Positions 46,443 through 61,730 of a DNA stretch of 64,000 nucleotides are shown here, piece after piece; the stretch's first letter is position 1; the number at the start of each line of letters is the position of its first letter. Location of the stretch: positions 544,001 through 608,000 of the forward strand of contig CAVTTL010000001.1 of NCBI GenBank assembly GCA_963737635.1. Direction: 5' to 3'. The notes beneath the pieces are model-generated. The model was given only the letters and a program-made list of their open reading frames with translations, ran no database searches and was not told where the DNA came from. Position numbers and translations under genes: made by a program. This stretch comes from an uncultured Methanoregulaceae archaeon. Its GTDB lineage: Archaea > Halobacteriota > Methanomicrobia > Methanomicrobiales > Methanospirillaceae.

Positions 46443-46562
46443 GACAGTCGGGTATCGGAAATGCAACAAGAAAAAAATATCGATGGTGCTATATGGACTG
46501 GACAGATTCCGTTCCTCGGTTAATATTTTATCAAAAATGACGCCGTTGAAGAAGGATTAAAA

Positions 46563-46669
46563 GATAGCAACCGGGAATAGTTTCCCCTCAGGTACAGGTT
46601 CTTTCCGAGTGGCAGCTTAACTGCTGAGTTTGAAGACTACATGTGTCCCGCATCTGTGGCTGGCTATCA
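46563..46669 (-). pseudogene. degenerate second 5S rRNA copy
   Basis: Aligns end to end with the neighbouring 5S (TGATAGC start, CAGCAGTTAAGCTG core, GCTATC end), with deletions. Confidence 0.8.
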
Positions 46670-46806
46670 CCACAGATTTTGACTACGTATCATTCAGGTC
46701 GTGAACCTGCGGTATCGCATTTGCGGCGATAATGACAGAATTCTGTCGAGCGCAATCGCTCGTCAGTAAAAATTTCATCAGAACAGATCCATGTAAGAAG
46801 GAAAGG

Positions 46807-46930
46807 TGATAGCAGCTTGGTATGGTTCCCGGGGACTCGCGTACCTCAGTACAGCATACTACGTGTGTCAGCTTAACTGCTGGGTTCGGAATGAGACCAG
46901 GTGTTTCCCGACAGGCTATGGCCGCTATCA
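46807..46930 (-). rRNA. rrf: 5S rRNA
   Basis: GATAGCGGCCATAGC..CCGAACCCAGCAGTTAAG..GCTGCTATC. Confidence 0.95.
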
Positions 46931-47020
46931 CCACATGATTTGCTTTGTTTGTTGTTTGCAGCCGAAGAATTAGATGCTATTCTTCGTCAGACCGGTATTC
47001 CATTGCTGGAAACCGGTCCA

Positions 47021-47092
47021 AGCCAAGGTCCGGATTTGAACCGGAGTGTAGTTGATCTGCAGTCAACCGCGTGGCCGCTCCGCCACCTTGGC
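47021..47092 (-). tRNA. tRNA-Cys(GCA)
   Basis: GCCAAGGTGGCGGAGCGG..GTTGA-CTGCAGA-TCAAC..GTTCAAATC..CCTTGGC. Confidence 0.95.
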
Positions 47093-47184
47093 GACCGTGT
47101 ACGATGATACCCTATCTTTTATGTCAAGGATATGATATAAGGTTTGCACTCAGAATTTCGTCTGGGTTTAGCGTGGTGAGCACT

Positions 47185-50088
<2,904 letters not shown>

Positions 50089-50090
50089 TT

Positions 50091-50141
50091 AAACTAATGC
50101 TCCGCTAAACCCATTTAACGTCCTGAATGCAAACCTTTACA
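50091..50141 (-). other. 23S processing stem, 5' arm (pairs with 47136-47190)
   Basis: CGCTAAACCCA..CTGAATGCAAACCTT is complementary to AAGGTTTGCACTCAG..TGGGTTTAGCG. Confidence 0.8.
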
Positions 50142-50210
50142 CGGCCTCGCAAAGTCATTGGTTTGACTTTCAGCCCTTCCCTCGTGATTCACATCTCGAG
50201 GTGCATCTAA

Positions 50211-50268
50211 ACAGCTCACTGGGAGTCGAACCCAGACGTGAATGTCACCTTATCTGACACTTGAGCCT
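50211..50268 (-). ncRNA. tRNA-like minihelix in the 16S-23S spacer (no anticodon arm)
   Basis: GGCTCA / GTGTCA-GATAAGG-TGACAT hairpin / CTGGG-TTCGACT-CCCAG T-arm / TGAGCT. Confidence 0.7.
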
Positions 50269-50334
50269 TCTCATGTTGACACCAGCAATTTTACAGTTTG
50301 TCTAGCAACCGCTTAACCCGAAATAAAATTCGTT

Positions 50335-51802
<1,468 letters not shown>

Positions 51803-51896
51803 TCAAATTGTACATACGTACGCACACTAATATCTGAACCTTAATTTCGAGGAATTAGCGGTTACTAAACAAATTTCCGCATTGCCAGTATCAACG

Positions 51897-52256
51897 TCAG
51901 AACCAACTCCGGTCATGCCGGGTCTTGTTGGATCTCCATCAAAGATTTGCGTGTGTTCGTCGTGATTGTTCACTTGAACACGGGCTTATAACGTAGGCTT
52001 TTCGGTTATTTATACCTTTTTGCCTGCACGTTTATATTCGGAACCAGACCCTGAATTTCGGGTTTACCTGATTCTTCATCATACGTTTTTCGTCGTGTTT
52101 TTGGATTTAAACACGGGCTTATAACATAGGTCGCAGGATTATTTATAGTTTGTCTCCTGCTCCCACAATTTCAGACCCGACACCACGTTTGATGGTTTTC
52201 GTCGGGTCTTCATCAAAATTCGCGGATCACATTATTCGACAGACTAACATTTAAAG
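51897..52256 (-). promoter_or_regulatory. rRNA leader with three tandem TATA promoters, each followed by a C/D-box hairpin
   Basis: TATA-like boxes at 52006-52014, 52139-52147 and 52250-52255; 16-bp repeat AACACGGGCTTATAAC at 51977 and 52110. Confidence 0.75.
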
Positions 52257-52501
52257 ATTCCCCTCAATGCCCTCCAAAAAGACTATCGTTACTATCAGGG
52301 AAACAACAAATGTTTATCATCGTCATTTTTGAGAATTGTCGATAAATTCGTGGCAGTTTCGGGAAAATTCTGCATTTCAGATATTCATAACGGAGACGAA
52401 TTCCTGAAAATGATGGAGAGGATAATGGATTGACAAAATATCGGCGCTGATATAAATGGATAGGGCTGGAATATGTGATTGAGAACTTTGGCAGGATTCG
52501 A

Positions 52502-53545
52502 ATGAAACTGATTCTTACGGCTCTGATAATTGTTGCAATGCTATTGGTTACTGCAGGCTGTACTCAGAACGCTGGCCAGTTATCGGGTTCGGGAAACACT
52601 CAACAGGAAGCCACACCCGGGGGTACATCTGCCCAAGCGACCCCGACTATGTCTAACAGTAAAATAATCGCCGCGTATTGGTACCTCTACCCAGACCCCA
52701 ACGATGATACCTACAGCCTTGTGATGTCTGCGCAAGACCAGATCCCATGGAAGAAGATCAACCGGCTCTATATCGGATTCGCTACAGTAAACGATGGTAT
52801 TCTCACTGACTTGCCGACCGGAACGTCAGCAGACGATGCTACACAACGATCAGAGATGCAACGCAGGATCCGGGAGATTGTCACGCTCTGCCACGAGAAC
52901 AACCCGGATGCGGAGATCTTTATTACCTCGAACTTCGGTGGGAGCGATATCGACGATCAATACCTCGCGGCAGCGCAGGACCCGCAGAAGTTTGCCGATA
53001 GCGTCCTTGCTTATATCAAGGAATATAATCTTGACGGGTACGACATGGATTGGGAGAGCAGCCGGATTGACGATTACGCAACGCAACTAACGACTCTTCT
53101 TTCTACCTGCCACGGTACGTTTGCTACAGCAGGTACCAACCCTCATGGCTCCCCCTACTTGCTGACCCATACGGTCTGGCCCGGGGTGGAGTCGCCACAG
53201 ACTGTTGCAGGTTTAAAGGACAGTGTTGACCAACTCAACCTGATGACCTATGGGACCGGAGACAAGTATGATCTCGTTTCGTACGCTGACTCCTATGCGG
53301 CGGCAGGGTTTCCTTATGATAAGATGATCGGAGGTGTGGAGAGTGAAGCAGGGTACACCGATAATGGCGGCCCCGATACACAGGCTACAGTTACGGCAAA
53401 ATGCGATTATGTAAAAGAGCACAACCTTGCCGGTTTATTCGAATGGCGTGTGGATAATGACATGCGGCCTGACAACAGTCCTCCGACGTACCAGGTTACA
53501 GGGTGGATGTATGACTGCCTGTCAGGTAATTCACCTTTTTTGTAG
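52502..53545 (+). CDS. GH18 glycoside hydrolase lipoprotein
   Basis: TAGC lipobox, LDGYDMDWE catalytic motif, NLMTY, LAGLFEW. Confidence 0.88.
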   Translation: MKLILTALIIVAMLLVTAGCTQNAGQLSGSGNTQQEATPGGTSAQATPTMSNSKIIAAYWYLYPDPNDDTYSLVMSAQDQIPWKKINRLYIGFATVNDGILTDLPTGTSADDATQRSEMQRRIREIVTLCHENNPDAEIFITSNFGGSDIDDQYLAAAQDPQKFADSVLAYIKEYNLDGYDMDWESSRIDDYATQLTTLLSTCHGTFATAGTNPHGSPYLLTHTVWPGVESPQTVAGLKDSVDQLNLMTYGTGDKYDLVSYADSYAAAGFPYDKMIGGVESEAGYTDNGGPDTQATVTAKCDYVKEHNLAGLFEWRVDNDMRPDNSPPTYQVTGWMYDCLSGNSPFL

Positions 53546-53640
53546 AAGAAACGGCCACTTTTTCAATCTCTCGCAGTCCTTGGTATCGCGTAGGACATAT
53601 GTGAGACGTCTCCGATGGCCCTGAATCTCTTCCGTCCACA

Positions 53641-54547
53641 CTATTCGTCTGCCTTTACTACTTGCACGTACACATCCCCAAAGAACTCCTCTTGTCGGAT
53701 CGAGCACCTCCCGTCCAGCACCAGAAAAAGCAGCGGGATATAGACATCAGGAAGACACCACCCAAGATCGGTGCAGAGCTCGGCAAGGGTAATCTCGGTA
53801 TCCGGGTCCGCGTTTGCTAAGCATTCCTCAATGAGCTGCCGAGCTGAGTCCTGGTACCCTTCCTCGTGTGCGATGCCTACGACGTCGTCTGCTTCGACCA
53901 AGAGATCTTCCGCCGGAGGGAGCCGGCGCCGCCTCCGCTCCTCCTTTTCGAGATTCTTTAACTCGATAATCAGTTCAAAGAGGGTGACCGGGCTCTTTCG
54001 CAAGCTCTTCCGGTCAAGCCGGCGCTGGATTTCCCGTTCCAGCCGTTCGATGGGGCCGAACCGGCCCTCATCTTCGAAATCAAGATCGCCCGCGAGGTCA
54101 AAATCCTCGCCATCCCCGGAATCGTCATAATCTTCCTCAGTTGATGCCAGATCAAGCTGTTCGGATTTCATGCGCAGGAGTATAGCTGCATAAAAGAGCG
54201 TGCGACCTGACATATGGAGATTAAGTTGCCGGCGCCGTTCTCAGCTCGGAGAGGAACCGGTCGGTTACTTCGATGATGTTGATGTTCCACGGATCGATCT
54301 CCCCCCGTTCTGCGAGGCCAACCAAGATCTCGACCGGATCCTCGACGTTCTCCGGCTCCCGCGTGGCCGGTGCATCTACGGTCACCGGAGATACTGCGGC
54401 GGCAACAGAATTGGGCACAGCGGCGACTTCCCCTATTTCTGTAGATCCGGTTTCAGGCTGCATCCCTTTCGGGATTTTTTCACCCGTTTTTTCAGTCTCC
54501 GGAGCCGGAATCGCCTGGTGCCTCCTTTTTTTGCGCCGGTCAGCCAT
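53641..54547 (-). CDS. scpA: segregation and condensation protein A (frameshift near 54235)
   Basis: EDPVEILVGLAERGEIDPWNINI, SGRTLFYAAILLRMKSE, LLFL..QEEFFGD. Confidence 0.92.
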
Positions 54548-57500
54548 TGACCTTCACTCCGGTAACAAGCGTACTCTTGTCCGGCCGGATTGTGACACCC
54601 ATGATCCGTTGGGCCGCCTCGATCATGGGTTTACGCAGTGAGACGATGACAAATTGCGATGAAGGCGCGAGCTCTTTTATCATCGCCGCGATCCTTTCTA
54701 CATTCGCACCGTCAAGCGACATGTCCACTTCGTCAAAAGCGTAGAACGGCGCCGGGATGTGATGCTGGATTGAGAAGATAAAAGCAAGGGTTGTCAGCGA
54801 CTTCTCACCGCCCGAGAGAGATGAGAGAAGGTGGACTTTCTTGTCCCGAGGCTTCACTGCGAACGTGAGACCACCGGTAAAAGGGTCCTCTTCGTTTTCG
54901 AGTACCAGGTTTCCGCTTCCGCTCGTGAGCCGGGCAAAGATCTCCCTGAAATTTGTATCAATTGCCTTAAAGGCGGTCATGAATGCCTCGAACTTCATCT
55001 GCTCGTACTTCTCGATGCGTTCAATGAGGTTTGTCCGCTCTTTGGAAAGGGTATCTTTTCGTTCCGTCCGCTCTTCAACCTGCTTCTGGATCTTCTCGTA
55101 CTCCTCTATGGCGAGCATGTTTACGGCACCGATCTTGTGAAGCGCAAGTTCGGCATCTGCGATCTTTCCCTCGATCTCGGTGAGGGTCAGATCGGTCGAG
55201 ATCTCGCCAACAATGGCCACAAGGGCCGCGATCTCCGTTGCAAGGGCCAGCGCCCGTTCTTCAAGGGCGGTACGTTGTATCGTGAAACGTTCCTTATCGG
55301 CGTCGAACTTAATCAGTTTTGTTTCCGAGGAATGAATACTGTCGGATACATCGGCCCGTTTCTTCCGCAGAATTTCAAGTTCACCTGAGAACTGTTTCTG
55401 TTTCTCTTCGAGTTCGGCGATCACGGCTTTATGGGCAGAGATCTGCTCGTTTGACCCTGCCACTTCTGCATCGATCTGCCGGTTACGCTCGTCCAGCCGG
55501 GTGCGCTCCTCAGTTCAGCTCCCCAATCCGCGAATTAAAGTGCTGACGCTCTCGGGAGGCATCGTTCATGTCTGCTTCCTTATTGCGTAGGTGCCGTTCA
55601 GCCTCTTCGATCGCCTTCTTCCGCTTCTCCATCTGTTCGGTGAGGGCCGGAATGTTGGTGTCATCCAGCTTCTTTTTTATCCCATCAATCTGAGCGGTGA
55701 TCGCATTGATCGTCTCGGTGACCTTGTCCAGTTCCCCTTCGAGCGCAGCCAGCTCCCCCGCACTCGTACCAGTCTCCTCTTTCTGTCGGGCGACCGCCGC
55801 CTCGATAGTCTGCTTCTCGACCGTGATCGCGTCGAACCGACGGGAATATTCTTCAGTAACAGCCCCAGCCCGGGCCATGTCTTGATCGATCTCATTGCGG
55901 AGCGCCCGTTTGGCATCTACCTCTTCGGTCAAACGCTTGACCCCTGCCTCAAGCATCGCGGCCTCACCAGAAAGCTCAGCGAGGTGCGACCGAATCCGAA
56001 CAATTTCGTCGTCCACGGCGGCCCCAAATCCCTTCACCGGTTTCTTTGTTAAACCACCTGTCATCGCCCCGCTCCTCTCGAGCAGTTCGCCCTCGATAGT
56101 AACCATCCGGTATTTCCCGATCATTTTCCGGGCCCGTTCCAGCGTATCGACTACTACCGTCGCACCTAATGCAGTGGCAAGTGCCTTGTCGTAAACGGGA
56201 TCGTAATCAAGAAGATTCACAGCGTAGTCGATAACCCCGGGTTCTTTGACCGGAGGAAGCGTGGGGGGCTTAAGCTTGTTTAGCGGGAGAAATGTCACCC
56301 GCCCGAGCCTCTCATCTTTTAGGTACCGGATCGCATCGGCCGCAATCTGGTCGGTGTCGCAGACAACGAACTGAAGCTTATTGCCTGCCGCGACATTGAG
56401 CGCTGTCGAGTACTCTGGGGGGGCCCGCGCCAGCTCCGCGATTGTGCCGTGCACGCCCTCTATTGATTTTACAGCTTCGATCGCCCTTCCTCCAGACTCG
56501 CCTCTGGCCTGCTGGGCTGATTCGAGCCGGATCACGTCCTGCTCGGCGTCCTTTATCTCACCATTGAGCCGTTCGAGCGATGAGCGCTGGGCAAAAAGGT
56601 TGCTCTCGAGTTCGGAGAGAGTGCGATCGAGCTCTTTTTTCCTTTCGACGAGCTCCGCGACCGTCTGCTTGTTTTGGCTGAGCTGTTCCTGTTTTGCCGT
56701 GTACTCTTCGTCAAGCTGTTTCTGGAGCGCCGTCAATCGTTCGAGTTCGCTGGTCCGCATCCGACTCTTCTCTATGAGCATATCCTGCTGATGGAGGATC
56801 GCAGAACGCTCTCCCCTCTTTACCTCAGCCTCTTCCATCAGGGCGAAGAGTTTCTGTCGGGCTTCCTCTGTTTCTGCGGAGTACTGACAAATCTCATTCT
56901 CGATCTTTTCCAGCTGCGCACGTGAGGTCGCGATCTCCATTGCAATATTCGTACGATCGATAGATAGTGCACGAATCTGGTCGGAGAGCTCTGCTACCCG
57001 GGTCTCAGCCCGTTTGGCGTCCGCAAAGACCCGGTTGATTCCTTCGAGGTTCGATTCCTTGTCTTTTTTAAGCCTGGCAATAGTCTGCTCTGCAAGCTTA
57101 ATCCCACTCTTTGCTTCCTCGAGATCTGCGATCAGCTTCAGGTAGTCTGGCCCGCTCTTTTTGTTGATGAGCTCGTCGATATCCGCAAGGTCGGCCTTAA
57201 GGTAGGAGAGTTCGTTCTCCTCGATCCCCCGATCCGCTTCAATCCGGGTAATTTTGATCTTCTGCTCCTCGGCAGATACGAGGAGTGTGGCCCGTTCCTT
57301 CTCCTTCACATGGAGCTGGGCAGCGGACCGGCATCCCTGATAGAAACCGAGCCTCTTTTTGCCATTTTTGGTATTCGAGTGCGTGTTCGCGCTCTTTTTT
57401 AAGCTCGTTTGCTCGTTTGATAAGTTCAATGAGCAGGAGCTCCTCACGTTCAATCCGTTCCCTTACTACGTCGAGTTCAGAGAGCGCCTGCTGCTTTTTT

Positions 57501-57982
57501 GTATCGAACTCTGATACGCCGGCGATCTCATCTATGATCTTCCGGCGCTCGAAATCGCTCATCTCCATGATTCTCGTTACATCGCCCTGCATAACGACAT
57601 TGTAACCGTGGGGGATGATACCGAACTTTGAGAGATGATCAACGATATCGCTCTGTTTGCAGAGCCGGTCGTTGAGGTAGTTGTAGCTGTAATAGCCGCT
57701 TCCGGTACGCTTTATCCGGCGCCGGATCTTTGTTCCGTCGGAAAACTCGATGGCGACTTCGGCAGTATTCTTCCCGGAGTTGAGATTTATGAGATCAGTA
57801 AGTTTCTCGGCACGCAGGTTACGAGAACTTGAAAGAGCCAGAACAAAAAGAACAGAATCGATAATATTACTCTTGCCTGATCCGTTTGGACCGGATATTA
57901 CGGTGAAACCCTCTAAAAAGGGAATTTTTGTCTTTTTTGAAAAAGACTTGAAATTATCTATCTCGAGCTCTGTGATGTGCAA
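54540..57982 (-). CDS. smc: chromosome segregation protein SMC (frameshifts near 57350 and 55510)
   Basis: GPNGSGKSN, QG, hinge GAMTGG, LSGGEKS, FDEVD. Confidence 0.95.
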
Positions 57983-57999
57983 AGATCCGGCTCCCCGTC

Positions 58000-58557
58000 T
58001 TATTTCTTTGCTGCATCAGACTTGTCTTCTTCTACGGCATAGATCAGATCGCTTTGCTTGGGTTTGTTGGAAGAGACGCCTTTCTTGTTCCGGCCGTAGC
58101 CTGCCGATGCGACAATGTAGTTTTTGTCCCCGCGCCGGGGCTCAAGTTTCATAGTCCCATCTGGCTGCATGATCATGTCCATCGCAGGCTCCGCCGGAGC
58201 CTGTGGCTCAGCATCTGCCGGTCGGGCTCCCTTGCGTATCACGACTGTGCTGCCACTCTGGGGAGCTGCAACAGCGCCGGGAACCTGAGTCCCTTGGGCG
58301 ATCGGTTGGACGCGTTTGAGTTCCTGGCGACTGCGTTCCTCGGTCTGCTTGGACATCTTCATAGCTATGGATTTGAGGTCAAGCAGCTCCTGGGTGAGCC
58401 CCTTGACGAGTGCTTCCATCTCGTTAACCTTCTTTTCGAGCGCGGCAACGCGGTCTTCTCCAGAGCCGCTTCCTGAACTTTCCATCATTTTGACCATTTT
58501 CTCCTTTTCCTCAAGTTCGAACTCGAGATATCTGATCTTATCATCAGGTTGCACCAT
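58000..58557 (-). CDS. coiled-coil hypothetical protein upstream of smc
   Basis: RVAALEKKVNEMEALVKGLTQELLDLK; 17 bp from the smc start. Confidence 0.75.
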   Translation of the reverse strand: MVQPDDKIRYLEFELEEKEKMVKMMESSGSGSGEDRVAALEKKVNEMEALVKGLTQELLDLKSIAMKMSKQTEERSRQELKRVQPIAQGTQVPGAVAAPQSGSTVVIRKGARPADAEPQAPAEPAMDMIMQPDGTMKLEPRRGDKNYIVASAGYGRNKKGVSSNKPKQSDLIYAVEEDKSDAAKK

Positions 58558-58825
58558 GCGATACCCGTATACTTTCTGATATATACTGGTGCGGCGCATT
58601 CCTTATTAATAATAGTAGTGATCTGCGGATGAGAAAAAAAGGTTTGTGCTTCTTTTTCCCTGAAAAACGGGTTTCAGACCCCAGATAACCGCCCGATCCG
58701 GGTGCAACGCGCCCTTTCCGGCAACTGCAAGACTTGAAAAATATGACGGTAATTCTGCTGATTTTACCATCCCTGCGCTCATCCTAAGAAAAGGTATTAC
58801 CTGATCCAAACGAATGTGTACCCGT

Positions 58826-60067
58826 ATGTCGTATCTTTCCCAAACTGATCCAGAAATAGCAGATATCATCGAGAAGGAACGGATCCGCCAGACAAACGGG
58901 CTCGAGCTGATCGCGTCAGAGAATATTGTCAGCTGTGCGGTGCTCGAAGCGATGGGGTCCATCATGACCAACAAGTATGCCGAGGGCTACCCGGGAAAAA
59001 GGTACTATGGCGGTTGCGAGTTTCATGACATGGCCGAGAACCTTGCCCGCGACCGGTTAAAAAAACTTTTTGGCGCCGAACATGCAAATGTCCAACCCCA
59101 CTCTGGCACCCAGGCGAACATGGCGGTTTATTTTGCGTACATGAAGCTGGGAGAGAAGATCTTAAGCATGAAGCTCAACCAGGGCGGCCATCTGTCACAT
59201 GGGTCCCCCGTCAGCTTCACCGGTAAGTTTTACCAAGTTGCCCAGTATGGTGTCGACCCCAAAACGGAGATGCTCGATTATGGGGAGGTCGGCGAGATGG
59301 CAAAGAGGGAAAAGCCTCAGATCATCGTCTGCGGTGCCTCAGCGTATCCCCGGACAATCGATTTTAAGGCATTCCAAGAAATTGCTGACGATGTCGGCGC
59401 GTACTGTATGGCAGATATTGCCCACATCGCCGGGCTGGTTGCGACAGGCATTCACCCGACATCTGTTGGCGTAGCCAATTTCACGACCACAACGACCCAC
59501 AAGACACTCCGTGGACCTCGCGGCGGCGCGATCATGTGCAACGACGAGTATGCCCAAGCTATCGATAAGGCAGTTTTCCCGGGAATGCAGGGCGGCCCCC
59601 TGATGCATACGATCAGTGCAAAAGCAGTATGTTTTGCGGAGGCACTCAGACCCTCTTTCAAGGAATACAATAAACAAATCGTCAAGAATGCCAAGGTCCT
59701 TGCCGAAACTCTGACCAATAACGGTATCCGGCTCGTCTCTGGTGGCACAGATAACCACCTGATGCTCATCGACCTCACCAACCAGCATCTGACCGGACTT
59801 GAGGCGGAAGTGGCGCTCGGTAAGGCCGGCATCACCGTCAACAAGAATACGATCCCGAACGAGACCAAAAGCCCGTTTGTCACAAGCGGCCTCCGGGTCG
59901 GTACTCCTGCCGTCACCTCGCGCGGCATGAAAGAGACAGAAATGCGCCAGATCGGTGCGTGGATCTCCGCCGTCGTAAAGGATATCACAAACGAAACGCA
60001 GATTAAAACGATTAATCGTGATGTCGCTGAAATGGCACAGAAATTTCCGATTTACCCGGTGACCTGA
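58826..60067 (+). CDS. glyA: serine hydroxymethyltransferase (bacterial/THF type)
   Basis: [35 protein letters not shown]. Confidence 0.97.
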   Translation: MSYLSQTDPEIADIIEKERIRQTNGLELIASENIVSCAVLEAMGSIMTNKYAEGYPGKRYYGGCEFHDMAENLARDRLKKLFGAEHANVQPHSGTQANMAVYFAYMKLGEKILSMKLNQGGHLSHGSPVSFTGKFYQVAQYGVDPKTEMLDYGEVGEMAKREKPQIIVCGASAYPRTIDFKAFQEIADDVGAYCMADIAHIAGLVATGIHPTSVGVANFTTTTTHKTLRGPRGGAIMCNDEYAQAIDKAVFPGMQGGPLMHTISAKAVCFAEALRPSFKEYNKQIVKNAKVLAETLTNNGIRLVSGGTDNHLMLIDLTNQHLTGLEAEVALGKAGITVNKNTIPNETKSPFVTSGLRVGTPAVTSRGMKETEMRQIGAWISAVVKDITNETQIKTINRDVAEMAQKFPIYPVT

Positions 60068-60087
60068 ACGTATGTGTGGGTGTGACG

Positions 60088-60921
60088 ATGACCACTATCC
60101 TTGACGGGAAAGCGGTTTCGGAAAAGCGGCTCGAACTCCTCAAGGAAGCAATCGGGGAATCAGGACTGTACCCCCGTCTTGCCACAGTGATCGTAGGGAG
60201 TGATCCGGCGTCGCAGATGTACGTGCGCATGAAACACCGGGCATGCGAACGGGTAGGCATCGGTTCGATCGGAATTGAGATTTCAGACGATACCAACACG
60301 GAGAAAGTGCTCGAAGCGATCACCCGGCTCAACCGGGACGCAGACATCAGCGGCATCCTCGTCCAGCTTCCGCTTCCAAAACAGATCGACACCGACCGCA
60401 TAATCGCCGCTGTGACGCCGGAAAAGGACGTGGACGGGTTCCACCCTACAAGCCTTGGCCTTTTGATGAGCGGCAAACCCCGTTTTGCTCCCTGTACGCC
60501 TAAAGGGATCATGACCCTGCTCGCAGAGTACAGGATCCCCGTTGCCGGCGCCCGGACGGTTATCGCCGGGCGGAGCATCGATGTTGGGAGGCCGATGGCT
60601 GCCCTCATGACGAACGCTGACGCAACGGTAACGATGTGCCATAGCAGGACCCGGGACCTTCCTGCGGAACTCAAGCAGGCTGATATTCTGGTCTCGGCGG
60701 TTGGAAAAGCGCATTTTATCATACCGGAGATGGTCAAACCCGGTGCGGTCGTCATCGATGTCGGTATCAACCAGCTCAATGGAAAACTGGTTGGTGACGT
60801 TGACTTTGACGCGGTAAAGGAAATCGCATCAGCGATCACCCCAGTCCCCGGGGGAGTAGGACCGATGACTATTGCAACGCTTATGGAAAACACCTTTGCC
60901 GCGGCTACGAGAAAATCATGA
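60088..60921 (+). CDS. folD: methylene-THF dehydrogenase/cyclohydrolase
   Basis: [38 protein letters not shown]. Confidence 0.96.
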   Translation: MTTILDGKAVSEKRLELLKEAIGESGLYPRLATVIVGSDPASQMYVRMKHRACERVGIGSIGIEISDDTNTEKVLEAITRLNRDADISGILVQLPLPKQIDTDRIIAAVTPEKDVDGFHPTSLGLLMSGKPRFAPCTPKGIMTLLAEYRIPVAGARTVIAGRSIDVGRPMAALMTNADATVTMCHSRTRDLPAELKQADILVSAVGKAHFIIPEMVKPGAVVIDVGINQLNGKLVGDVDFDAVKEIASAITPVPGGVGPMTIATLMENTFAAATRKS

Positions 60922-61730
60922 AACCCTGTCGTGTCAACAATCTGATGATAGGAGGAGATGCGCCACCCCGTGTGATGGGGGTCATAAACTGTAGCGGTGA
61001 ATCGTTCTACCTGGGATCCTACATCCCCATCAAGGAAGTTCATGCGACCGCTATCTCAATGATCGAACAGGGTGCCGACCTGATTGACATTGGAGCACGA
61101 AGCACGGCACCCAATACGCAACCGATCAGTGGAAAAACAGAGGCTGAACGGATAGATGCTGCCCTCAGGGAACTTGACGGAAGCGGGATCACGCTCTCAG
61201 TCGACACGATGATCCCGGGGGTGCTCGATGTATGCCTGAAGCATGATATTCACGCCGCAAACGATATCAGTGGTTTCGTTTCCGCTTCTTACGCTAAAAA
61301 AGTCGCTGACGCCGGCCTTCCTGCGTTTGTTATGGCGGCAAACCAACAGCCGGGTGACCCTGTCGGCGTTGATGCAACTCTTTCCTCTCTGGAAGGAGTT
61401 ATACATCGATGTGAAACGGCTGGTGTAAACGAGTACGTGATCGATCCCGGCATCGGTATCTGGACACCGCATCGCACTGTCAGCGACGATTGGGAACTCT
61501 GCCGGCACTTCGAAAAATTCCTGCGTTTCGATCGCCCGGTACTTGCAGCTGTCTCACGAAAGACCTTTATAGGCATGCTCCTTAACCGTGAACCAGAGGA
61601 CCGGCTGCCGGGCACCCTCGCCGTAACAATGAAACTTCTTGAGAAGGGCGCATCGGCCATCCGGACGCATGACGTAGCAGCCACCCGGGATGTAATAAAA
61701 GTGTATGAGGAGATGGTAAGAGCGGTATGA
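60918..61730 (+). CDS. folP: dihydropteroate synthase
   Basis: [40 protein letters not shown]. Confidence 0.92.
   Translation: MKPCRVNNLMIGGDAPPRVMGVINCSGESFYLGSYIPIKEVHATAISMIEQGADLIDIGARSTAPNTQPISGKTEAERIDAALRELDGSGITLSVDTMIPGVLDVCLKHDIHAANDISGFVSASYAKKVADAGLPAFVMAANQQPGDPVGVDATLSSLEGVIHRCETAGVNEYVIDPGIGIWTPHRTVSDDWELCRHFEKFLRFDRPVLAAVSRKTFIGMLLNREPEDRLPGTLAVTMKLLEKGASAIRTHDVAATRDVIKVYEEMVRAV

Noticed and set aside
58600-58820. THF or ZTP riboswitch upstream of glyA
   Set aside because: Short hairpins only; no consensus match by eye
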